Of a stretch of 64,000 nt of DNA, positions 26,301-38,145 are shown piece after piece. Origin of the DNA: Trichoplax adhaerens (Eukaryota > Animalia > Placozoa); assembly GCF_000150275.1 (NCBI RefSeq), contig NW_002060959.1, forward strand, positions 1,105,902 through 1,169,901, read 5' to 3'. The first letter of the stretch is position 1, and each line of letters starts with the position of its first letter. The notes under the pieces were generated by a model, which was given only the letters and a program-made list of their open reading frames with translations, made no database searches and was not told the origin of the DNA. The translations under genes and the position numbers were made by a program.

Positions 26301-28964
26301 GAGATGCAGAGTAGAATTTTAGTTTTTATCCTATTTATATTGGATTCTATTAAATGCCTCGATGATCATTTTAGTAATTTATAAGTTTGCAATTGCTATG
26401 ATTTTATCAACTCTTCTAGCTATGAATGGAAAGTTTGGATCCTTAGCTGTAGAAAAACTGACGAAAATTACCGTCGAGTTAATTCTGCGACATGCATGTA
26501 ATTTATCTACTTGTGAAGCTTTAAATAAGGTCATTATAAATTGGCCATCACCTGTCTTGCATCTTTTGTATACGAAGTTAAAATAGGATTAGAATATGAT
26601 ATCATTAATAATAAGAGCACACTCTAATTCTTAGACAATCAACAAACTTGTTGATGAATTTTATCTTATTGTTACTGAAATTCCTCAAATCCCGTTAAGT
26701 GAATCTTGCATATTAAATGGGTAATTTGAATTATTTTAAAGCTGTTATACGGTGTAAAATTACTGTCAGCTAAGATGATACATCCCTCTTTTATAGTATT
26801 TTACTTAGGTATAACTCCAAAGGAGTAAACGATAAACTTATTGCTGCTCTGTCAAATCAGAAATATCCTTCACTAATCCGAAAGTTTAGTTAAGAGGCTG
26901 AAATTTAAGCATTGGTCAAAAGCGAATTAAAAGCATTGAGATATTTTATCAATGATATTTTAAAATTAATAATTTTAATATCCTTAACTAATTGTTACCT
27001 TCAAGTTTACTTGCATAGCATTTAAATTAGACCAAAGTATAAGACAAGGAGAACATACATCTCTTAGGTACTTTCGAGATATTACAGTAAACAAGTATTA
27101 ACATGGATATTTATAAAAAATATTATATCTTATAATGGATGTTTCTTCCCGTGTTAGCTTCAGTAGATCTTCACAAGTAGATGGTGCTGTTGAATATCAG
27201 CAGAGCCGAATTAAGCGGTTTCTTAGCAAACTGCAAGATGAAAATGTCAAGTAAGATTAGAAAATCAACGGAAAAACTAACTTAGGCGGATAGCGATAAG
27301 AAACTTTATGTATTATAAATTTTCTTGAATCTGTTTATAATTGTCTCTGATAGTATAAACTTTTACATTAATAGATTAATTATTAGTACAGAGAGTGTAA
27401 CTGATGTTGCTGTATATCTTTGCAATCGAGCTGGAATTATTATCTTAGCAGTAAGTGAGGCCATTAATATATGTAGTAGTTAATGATTTATTATGTATAT
27501 GTAGGTATCGCTAAAATTTATCATATATTTCTGGTATAAACTATTTACTATTGCTTTCTGTATTATCAGAATGTAGCTGAGGAAGAAGCCAATCGAATAG
27601 GATATTACTGTAACCTTGGCATCATTTATGAAGTCGACATGGTTAGCAAATAAAATATGAAATCTATTTATAATCTACAATTGATTAAATTTGAATGAGT
27701 ATATTAAAAAATACCTATTTTTCATGCAAGGAGGAAACGCTAATATCGAAATTCACTGGTATTACCTCTTGCCAATTTATTACCAAGAGCACGCAACGGT
27801 AATAGTAGTAGTTAAATTTATAATAATAATTTTGACTTGTAGTCAAAATTGAATGATTTAAGTGAAATTAATTAGCGCATATATACTCTTACTTTACTTT
27901 CCAGGTATATTCAATTTATTCCACAACTTGCGGAATCAAACAGGTAATGATTACGGAAAAACTGCGTTCTACCACTCAATAATTTGCTAATATTAATTTA
28001 TTTTTATAATATCTTTTAAAAGGATGTATCATCTTTTGCTTTGCGGACTAGCCAAAGAACTATGCCATCAGTATCGAGCTGCAATCCATAATAGTCTAAA
28101 ATGTGTACTGATGTGGCTAGATCCACCGTATTGCTTGCGCACGTACCAACCATGTACCGTACCTGGTGGAGGTGCTACAGAATTTGCTCTCGCTAGAGCT
28201 CTGAAGGTGTTGCCGTCTAACGATAGCAATGATCCAGTTTATCGAAGTGCTTGTCAAATTCTTAGCGAGGTATGACGAATAATGATGCTTTACAACATAA
28301 AACTACGAATTCAACACCATAGCATTGCGCAACATTTCATATTAGCACTTTGATTTTATTTTTAAGAGTCTTCTAGCTATACCACGAACTCTTTATAACA
28401 ACTCAACTAACAGTACAGCGGGAGGCTTTATCCGGATTTTAAAGGTAGGGATATTATTATTGGGTTGTTTACGAGAGAATTTTTATGTAAATATGGCAAA
28501 GAATAATTCGGCTTTAACTGATATTAGGAAATAGATTCCGAATCAAGTGCACTAGGCAGTCATAATTGGAAAGGTATTAATCCATATACAGGTACATAAT
28601 TATTCCAGTTGTATTACTGTTCAGTGAATGTATTGGCTCTTTCTTGAGTTATTAACACTAAGATCTATTACTAACTTGGGTAGGCCATTTTGGCAGTAGC
28701 CACAATGTTATTGAACCAATGTATATTAGGTAATAAAATACTTGTTAATTTGGATATCATAAACATCATAAGAACGCATTTTCAGCATTACATGCTTACA
28801 AAATACATCGAAAGTTTATTACTTTTTTTGACTTGCTTATTTTTAGATACTACAGTGTCCGACAATGCTTACAAGTTATCACTCAGATTCTAAAAATAGA
28901 TAAAGTGATTTCTGCCATAGGCTGCGGAAATGGACGAAATAAGGCAGACGAACAAGATAATTAA
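23400..28964 (+). CDS. BBS10: BBS10-like chaperonin-like protein, many short exons
   Basis: Proposed first exon MSVAMIR (ATG 23400) splices to TASQICNSLEDILAKTYGPVGMDVLI...NHGSTIINSLQISHP|VGQLITNSVKKFYDKTG|DGSTSFVLI, which has the BBS10-type KTGDG ATP motif. Later segments: LLLCGLAKELCHQYRAAIHNSLK, VPGGGATEFAL, LLAIPRTLY, and last exon QCLQVITQILKIDKVI...EQDN* (stop 28962-28964). The start codon is inferred. Confidence 0.8.
23868..25190. repeat. Intronic degenerate minisatellite, ~16 copies at mostly 75-100-bp spacing, in BBS10 intron 2
   Basis: Recurring core TTAAATTAACGTGGATACTTGAAGGAGATCATATCGGGATACATTAATATT, separated by related AT-rich linkers. Confidence 0.9.
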
Positions 28965-29528
28965 GCTGCTATAATTGACAAAATTAAAAGCAATGATTAT
29001 TTTGCAAAGTAGGTCCACTTGTTCCTACTCATAGGGATATATCGGAATTTAAGTATATTAGAAAAGCAATACCAGATTGCAGAATACCGAACATTCTATC
29101 ATTTATCTTCGAATAACAATGATAATTAATATGCAGATAGAAATGAGAGTACTTTATAAAATGCGGAAAAAATGATTTTTTATGAAAGTGTAGGAACACG
29201 TACGACATCAAAATTTTAAAGGTGGAAGAACAATATACTGCATCAGTACGCATTGGATTGGAATTGTTGTTCAACATTCATCGTAACAGCGGTTAAATAT
29301 TAGCACCTAGAAGGTTGTTACTTTATAAAGACTTGCTCACTGTAAAAAAAATATTATTAACTTACACCGGAATTGATATTTTTATAAAAAATGCTTATGT
29401 ATGGTACTTCGCATACATAGGGCATACATACATACATAAATACATACATACTTACATACTTATAGGAAAATACATACAATAAAAAAATAAAGATTTGAAA
29501 TCCTATCGAGACCAAAGAAAATAAGAAA

Positions 29529-32500
29529 TCATTGCGTTAGCGGCAACGTCGATGCCGTAGATAAAGGGGATTGGTGATTGGGATAATCTTCGTTTCTGTA
29601 ATCTCCCAAACTATTCCCGTTCAGTAAACAGTTGATGATATTAAGTACGGCTACTCCAATGTCATCTACTGTAGCCAATCTGTCAGCAAGGGTCTCCCAA
29701 TCATCAAGGCAGACGTTTCGTGGAAGCTGAAGTATAAAAAATGAGTGCAATAGGGATTACATGAAATATTTTTATTACATCTGATAAATTGCATATTATA
29801 GACTAAGGTTAATTACTTCAAATATTTGCTGAGGAACATTAAATTTTCCTCCAGCAGCGCCACCAGTAACTTTAATTGGAATAACAGTATGATCATTCCA
29901 GCAAAATTGTTCCGCTTCATGTGCTGCACCAGGTCCTCCTTCAATTAATATACAAATACTAATTGCCTTGGATACAATAATCTCACGCTCTCGAACATTA
30001 TCTCCTGCAAATATTGTAGAACCAAATGGGACATCCATGAAGGTCTTGTCACTATTTTGCCTAGCTTGTAATGATCGATCCTAGAAGTTATAATACGTGA
30101 ACAATGGTCAATTTTATACGCTATATCTGTTAACATTGTGTTTAAACCAGGTGATATCGTAAGTATTACTGACCTGTTCGTCGCGTACTGGCAGCACATG
30201 GTAAACTAAAGGTTCCTTTTTGGACGTTATACGTTTATTATAAAAACTACGACCTAAGGGACAAAATATTAGCTTTAAGCTTATGTATTATTCGACATTA
30301 TCGTACGTATTTTCTTTAATTATAGTCAATCCTAACATGAAAGCTTTCCTTTACACACAACTTTACGAGAATTATTCTATGCATCTCTAAATATAATTGA
30401 ATATACTTTACCTAAAACATCACCAACTCCATAGAATCCTCCAGTTATAAGGCTTAAATTATCGAAATCAGCCAAGCATGCACCAATGGACCTTTTTTTT
30501 AAGACGATAGCATATCAATGAGTAAATGTAATGTCCAGTTCATGCTAACTTTCTTGTCATACTTGCAAATCGCCTCTGTGTTCTTGCTATAAAATTTTGT
30601 GCCGCCAGAGATGTATACACAGGGATCGCTTCGTGGTAAAGTTTCCCTTAAAAGATAGCTCTACAAAGCCGTTGGTTAATTAAAATTTTAGGTAAAAACA
30701 ATCTCTTTACTTTAAATACAAAAGCATTGACTAGTAAAATATTGTAATTGAAGATATTAATACCTTAAGAGAGATGTCAGCATCATTTAACAGATTATCT
30801 TCCCGATTAAACGTCTGTCGTACGCGAGCTACTAGTGTCTGTTTATAGTCTTTTCGTTGAACGTCCTAATGGCAATTGGTCATTAGAGTATAAAGGCTAA
30901 GCTACGGTTTGAAGACTTTTAAAAATCCGATATTGTATGCAAAAGTAATGTTAACTAAACAACCTCGAGAGGAGCAGTTCCAATTAGCATCGACAGCCAA
31001 CCTGGCATGGCAAATTCTTCAGCTTTTAAAGGAATAAATCTTTTCCTATGTTCACAATAGTATACCTGATGTAGCAATTTGAGAATGGTGATTAAATACC
31101 AAATTGGATACCAAATAAACCCTTCAAATTTAGATTAACTGCAAAAGAATATACAAGATCTACGCACCTGCTGTTGACATAAACGTGAAGTAGCAAATGC
31201 TTGCGACAACAAAAAGATGACCATACAAGCTTCATCAGTAATTCTCTGAAATTCAATTCTCATTCGTTTTGTTGCTTTTTCGGTTAATTCTAGTTGTATG
31301 TTGATAATAAATATATATAAATATGAATTATTGCAATGATCTAAGCACTGAAACTTTAGACAGTATTACAGATTGCTCTAAATGGACTGTTTTTAATATT
31401 TGTCGATGAAGGGTAACGATTTTATTTCTATATCATTGTATAACATATTTCTATTGCTAGCATCAGACCAGTCTTTTGGCTTATTTTCGCCCTTTTGTTA
31501 CTGCGGAGCTTTTTCTTGGCGGGTTCATTGACAGTCTTGTATAAATCCGCCATGAGTTCACTGGTCAATACTATTTCGTAACCTTCTTCTTCTAAACAAT
31601 TTTTGATTTCATTAGCCTGCAAATTGAAGAAGCGAATTAATTTACGCTTTTTCTTATGGTATGATTTTGTAGTGCTATAGTTACATGCAGTTAAACATGC
31701 TTAGATTATACAGGTTAAAATACCTATTACATTCAATAGCAAAAATAGAGATCTATCCTTACAATATTGTCCTGAGTAGGGTGACAGCTAAGAATGATAA
31801 GTGGTTTTCCATCACGAGGCTCCTGGGATGCCATAGGGGATGATGCATTTCCAAACAATTGTAAAGGGCAACTGCGTATCATCGAAATTCTCTTCTGTAG
31901 TTGCGTATCTGAACTTTCGTCATCGAACGTTTCTGTACTATCGGATAGCGATATAGATCGACGGCATAATTCGCCTATTTGTTGAGCAACTCCAACTACA
32001 TACACTTTATCCCAATATGAAATGTCATCTTTATTACCATCTAGTAATCAATCGGAATTCATCATTTTGTTGTCAATTAATTCATGCTACAAGAAAAACA
32101 TAATGGAAGATTTGAAAAGAAACCTTTTAAAATATTTTCCGTAGTTTTCCATGGAACAAACTGTGTTGTTGCAAATTGAATAGCTAGACACCTATAGTTT
32201 AGAAATGAAGTGTAAAGCGAGGAAACAAATAATGTATTAGACGATTATGTGGCATAACTTACAGATAGCTGTTAGTTATAATGCTGCATGCAATTTAATT
32301 TTATTTCACAGAGTGTATGAATTTTTCAAACTTACGCGGGAGGCCAATCACTTAGAAAATTAACAGGCACGACATATTTTCCTAAAACATCCGCTAGCTT
32401 GATCTAATTTATCCAAACACCAAAATAATTTGTGAAGTTGGTTTGTTATCTCAATATTTTTATGTTACGTTTCACAGTAGCATGATAAACGTAAAAGAAA

Positions 32501-35348
32501 TTAGTATTATATTCCTAGAATTGAATTTGCTTACTTCTCTATTTGTCCATTGCGTTTTACCATACCTTGGTGTGACAAGTGGTACAAATACCTCACATGA
32601 ACTAACAGCATCGTTAAGGGAATCTTGCCAATCAACACCGCACTTTATTTCATGAACATCCTGTGAAATAGGATAGTTAAAAGTAGTAATGGTTAAGTAA
32701 GAAAATTAATTTAGCGAAGCTAGGAGTGAACTGTAAATTAGTACCAACATCAAACAGTAACATACAGGCACTATAACCTACATCATTACACGTACTAGGA
32801 TAGGTGATCACTACATACGTATGCGTATTAACAATCTTTCACACGTATTTACCAGATAAACGCTAAAACCAAGCTTTTCAAACTCTTCTTTCAAACTTAA
32901 AGCATGCAGTGCGGCTTCAGCTCTAACATAACTAATAAGTATTTCCTTTTCACTGTTGTCTTTTACGGCAATTGCTTTAGATCTATTTTGTAAATTTGCT
33001 ACTGCCGGATGGAACAGTCTATGAGATCTAATACTATCTGCTGCTGATGTAAGGGCATTGAAATCTTTATTTTTAATCCTATGATATTGAAAAAGAATGA
33101 AGAAATTTATCGGTAAGCCGTAGAGCTGGCCTCTATCTAGCCTTCGTGATCAAATATATTGTGCTACTGTACTGTACTAATAGTATACTGATAGCTTACG
33201 GTGTATCATTTGAGTGAGGAATGGCGACTGCAACAGAGCCTGTGAAACGAAATAGTTAACGTTATTTAGATTTATTTATCTCGTCGTCATCTAAATAGTT
33301 GATATAAGAGCTCTACCGAGAGTACTAAGTGTAAAAAATATAGACTTGCTAAAGATGAAACCTTTGCGTTCGAGAACTAGCATGATACCATAAATAAAAA
33401 ATAAAATAAGGAAAATTTGCAGTATCCTCAATGACTTTTACTATTAAAGGTATAACTATCTCATCCTCAATGATTTTTAATTTCGTATAAAATTAACGTT
33501 AATAAATCACTATCTGATAAGTTAAAAATTGATTGCCCTATCGAATTGATCACAGCAAATGCCATATCCATTACGTCTTATATATTCTAGGTCTATATAA
33601 AAAATGCCTATCATATCCATGAGAATGCTACTATTCTTATTATCGTGATTATTTAAGTAGAGTATTCATTGCCTAGCTTTCTCTGTATTTTTACCCAGCT
33701 TACTATTATCGGGCGCTTGAAATTGGATATAAATTATTTGCTGCGTTATAATATCAGCAATAGTTAGTCTTTCTTCTTGAAAGGTGAAAACAGGCCAGCA
33801 ATTATGATCCAAGAAAGTAAACGCTGCCAGCTTGGCACCTTTTAGCTATTATAAAGTATGTGATAATAGGCTAAGTGAGATATCATATACTGGCAATGGT
33901 TATCAAATTATTATCATTAAGGTTGTCTACGGTGATGATTGAAATTAAGTTACGGTGTATTAACAACTTTAACCTGTTGGTTAATTTCACGTCGAGTTTC
34001 AGACAATAGCAGCGTAATTTTAGCAAAGATGAAACCAAGCGGTTTTTTATCGGTTGACATAATTCCAATTCTGCATTCATCAACTATAAAAAAGGATGAA
34101 AATACCGATGGGTAATTGATTCATATTCTATACGCGTATATTGACTATCTTACTGTACAGTATAGGGCTGAAATTGATGGCATTAGGGTACTATAACAGA
34201 TGACACGCGAGCTAAAGATTCACTGTTTGAGAACTTTTGTATCTTTTGCTTACCTGCAGTTTGAATAGTAACTAGGTTATCATGATCTACCACATGGCTA
34301 GCTCGAATGCACATTTCTTGATTTGAATTCACAGGCCAACTATAGCATTGCAATTAATTATTGGATAATAATTGAAATATCTTAGTGATAGGTGACTAGT
34401 CCATATTTTTAGCTGCAATTTCATCCTTATAATTTATATAATAAATGTGGTTTTAAGTTAATCATGGCATCATCAAATCAGGTATAAGCAGTTGCATTCG
34501 TCAAAATTTTTAATAATATCATTAATCAACAATCACTACTATAATAAACTTCTTCTACTTCTAGTTACGAATAAACATACTGTACTGTAGATACACTACG
34601 TATCCTGCGTTGCATGTATCAACAAAGTAGATAGGCATACTACGTCTAACCAATACAGTATAAGATATCAAGGGAGTGTCAGAAGATGGAATAGTAGGCA
34701 TCGAAAAGGAAAATTGAAAAGAATATTTCTTTTCAGCCTACTCTACATCAGCGATTGCTGCTACTCCTTTCAATGGGCTGGCCATGATGTCGGTTGTTAT
34801 TGGTACACTTGGAAAAGAGTGTCTATTGCAAGTTTGCAAAGTATTACAATGCGCCATGTCATCTGGACGCGATTAAGACACCAGTGAGCACGACACAAAG
34901 CTCAACTTGCATTTATCAACATGGTTTGATGAGCTTGTGTAATATGGCACTTGTGCTAACTCATCATCATAACCATATTATGATGCATTTAAATGCTAAT
35001 ACAGTATTCATTACACCATCAATGCATCCATTTCATTCTCCACTGATGCGTGTACCGTATGAACAATTAACGACTAGTGGTGATCCTTCCCACTTACCCC
35101 TTCCGAGTGAGAAAACGAAAAGATTGAGGTAAATTATCCAATTGATTGGCTATGCATAGGCGAAGTTGCTGAATGCTTGCATCCGATATATTATCGCATA
35201 CCACCACTCCTAGAACATGATAAACCGTGGAAGTATCTCGATGATCCAGCTGATGATGGAATGGCTTATTGGCAATAAAGCGAATTCCGATGACATTACT
35301 CGATTGTCGTGGATTAAGATAATTCGGGCTGCTTCGTATACTTTGCAT
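29529..35348 (-). CDS. Uncharacterised ~865-aa protein: two ubiquitin-like/SPATA1-like repeats, two TIR domains and a C-terminal SLOG domain; 19 exons
   Basis: Hand-built exons, all with GT-AG introns and consistent phases, total 2598 nt: 35348-35098, 34339-34254, 34083-33974, 33845-33695, 33239-33200, 33078-32853, 32660-32535, 32403-32336, 32191-32124, 32040-31763, 31616-31469, 31289-31168, 31065-30964, 30865-30764, 30660-30563, 30491-30412, 30253-30174, 30080-29817, 29726-29529. TIR1: EILISYVRAEAALHALSLKEEFEKLGFSVYLDVHEIKCGVDWQDSLNDAVSSCEVFVPLVTPRYGKTQWTNREIKLADVLGKYVVPV. TIR2: LIILSCHPTQDNIANEIKNCLEEEGYEIV...EACMVIFLLSQAFATSRLCQQQVYYCEHRKRFIPL. SLOG: CVYISGG...IGACLA...LITGGFYGVG...REREII...ILIEGGPGAAHEA...TVIPIKVTGGAA. 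Confidence 0.85.
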
Positions 35349-36602
35349 TACTGTATTCAATTAGCTAGGGCTACAAGCTGAAGAGAGATTATTCAATAGA
35401 GATGAGAATGTCGGCCAAGTTGTTCAACTAGAAAGAAGAGCTGGACAGGTAGAGCAAGTTGCAAATTTTATTAAGTCAACAAGCGCAGCCGAACTTGGGC
35501 ATGTCTGCAAGTATTTGCTCAGGTCTTGCTCGATGTCTACAGTACTGACCACTGTAATAAAATACGGTAGGGTTAGGATGGCCCGGTCAAAAGCCGCTGG
35601 CTACAGTACGATCCTACGGTGCATACTACTGTAACGCGGGCGATGCAACTCATACTGAACGAGCCAATGGCGAGGCTGGCCACTGGCCATGGCTGTACTG
35701 ACTGACTGACTGACTGACAGGCCAATCCACAGCCAGCAAATTGCTAAATGAATACGACTGGAGGCTGACGATGGCCGACTGTCTATTTGGATAGGAGATT
35801 ATGGCAACTAGCCAAGGATGCCTAAGATACTCCACATACCAGTAATTCTATTTCTTTGTGAAACTATTGCTAGAGCTCTTTTAGGCAGAGGGGGAAAAAA
35901 CATAGCGATAGGATATAGGAAGTCCCTTTTTGCCTGGAGAAATCCTGTACAGTAGTCCATGACGATCTGCACTGTTTACGTCGATCCTTTTCCATTCCAC
36001 TGCTTGACTTATACAGTACTTGAAAATAGAAGGTACAGTAATATACACGTCAGTACTAGTATTACTGTCCTACAGCATCATGCCATCGGTGAATTTACTG
36101 TAGGGAAGGCACTATTGAATCTACTGTAGGAGTCTATCATGCATGGGACGAAAATGGAGAACTTTGCTAATTCCCCCAAATTCCAACTTACTCAAGTCTG
36201 TCTGTACCATACATCGCGCATGTGCACTGGACAGTACTTGCAACAGAGTCAATCTTGTACTTTCCTTTACTGCCAGGACTCGACTGTCGATGATTGCTGG
36301 CGATTAGTTGCTAGTCAAATCCCAAATATCCAAATATCAATCTAAAATTGCCAATTCACTACTTGGAAGAGTATTAGTAGGGGCCAATTTTTGCATCGTC
36401 GTCTTCTTGTGCTATATTGTACTGTGTATCAACGGACTTGTAAGAAACCCCTGACTAGATCGACGCGTAGATTCAACTCGGTATTAGCAAGCTGTCTAGA
36501 TCGCAGGTCCAACTGCAATTGTGCAACGTTAAGACCAAATTAATCCATGATTGCATCACTCCAAATTAAATTCCTCTTCCTCGCGCTCTTCAATTCCCCA
36601 AG

Positions 36603-38145
36603 ATGGCAGATATCACATTCTCAGCTGTAGCCAAATTACAAATACAAGAAATTATTCGACTTGAATTTGAAATTCAATCTATTATTCAACAAATTAAAGA
36701 TAGCCAAGGACCTTTTGAAATACTCAATAGATTGCATAGCCAGGTGAAAGATTGCATGAAGATCCTAGAGGAAGACGTCAATGTAAGGGGATAATGGATA
36801 AAACTGGAATGTCAGTCTTTCGATATCGGTCTTGACAGTGAAATGATAGTATTTTTACTTGACTATTTGAAGCATAATAATGTATGTTATGATGATGAAA
36901 ATTGGCTTGCTTGCATGATTAACCAATTGATTATACAAATGTGTTCTAGTAAACAGCTTGATCATCATACTTTTCACTGCATTTTAGAAATTAAAGATAT
37001 TGGCCCATGAAGAGGATAAAGACAGCCAAACACAAGAAATCTTGCAAGTAGCAGGCCGCCACCAGCAACAACTGGAAAGGTAACAATACGTATACTGTAC
37101 ATCATTCCTTACTACTAAACTGTAGATTTTACAACACGGTCGTAGCCAAATCATACACGCGTAGACGGACAGTACTTCTCGTCTATAATAATCTCCTGTT
37201 TCACTCTGTGTCTATAATACTGGCCAAAGCTCTCAAAAATCTCTCAGGCGTGCCTTGCTCACCGCTAAAACTAACATCGAAAATACCGATAGACAAGTAC
37301 TTATCGAAGGCGGTTCTTCCCAGTTAAGACAAAGGTAATACAGTACTCTACTTTCGTAGTCATACTACAATAAGATTGACACTAGTCATGAATATGGTAT
37401 AAATTAGATTGTATAATATGGTATAAAATGATTTCATATTGCTTGAAGTATCAACCTTTCGATAGCTCATGTGTATACGCTTCACAGATATAGCTATACA
37501 ATGTTCCTATACTTGAAATGATTGATTTATTAATTTACAGTCAATATCAAAAATTGTAGTAATGTAAAGAGTGGATAAATTCAAAAATACTTTAAAAATC
37601 TTCTCCCTATTTTTAATTAATGCTGTGCACATAAATATGAAATATGTCTGGTATCGAATAACTAGGGTACAAACTAAAAAAGAAGCAGTCAAATTAGCTA
37701 GCGAAGTAACGAATGAACTAATACACATCAATCAAATGATGGCGGAACAAGTTAAACAGAGCGAACAGAATATGCAGCTTTTAGGTATAATGACATCATT
37801 CAGTTACTTACCGTACGAAGCTACGGGCAATTTTTACCCCATTGGCTTTGCTAGAACATAGTTTTGTATTTCCAACAAATAGCAGTGTCGATTGGGTTTG
37901 ATCGATAAACAGTTGTGAGTTAACGTAAGCTTGATATGTTTATGTACTCGTATACAGCAACTTCATCCATGGCCCTCACCGATACTGGAGAAGAGTTGAA
38001 AAATCAGTCTGGAGTTATTACATCTAGTAATAAGCTGCTGACAAAATATGGCCGACGTGAATTAACAGACACTGTCGTTATTTTTTTTGGTGTCTTGGTC
38101 TTTCTCGCCACAGTCTTATATATACTCAAAAAGAGAATGTTTTAA
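36603..38145 (+). CDS. BNIP1: Vesicle transport protein SEC20/BNIP1 (ER SNARE), 5 exons
   Basis: Exons approx. 36603-36782, 36988-37079, 37230-37334, 37666-37784 and 37959-38145. Segments QEIIRLEFEIQSIIQQI, SLRRALLTAK and the SNARE helix ASEVTNELIHINQMMAEQVKQSEQNMQLL. C-terminus KLLTKYGRRELTDTVVIFFGVLVFLATVLYILKKRMF matches the Sec20 signature plus TM anchor. Confidence 0.92.

Noticed and set aside
29529-35348. Bacterial contamination or recent HGT as the source of the TIR-SLOG gene
   Set aside because: It has 18 canonical GT-AG introns, host-like composition and sits between BBS10 and BNIP1. Ancient transfer cannot be excluded.
35795-35808. X-box half-site (ATGGCAAC) ~450 bp upstream of the TIR-SLOG gene
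   Set aside because: Only one half matches; too weak to infer ciliary/RFX regulation.
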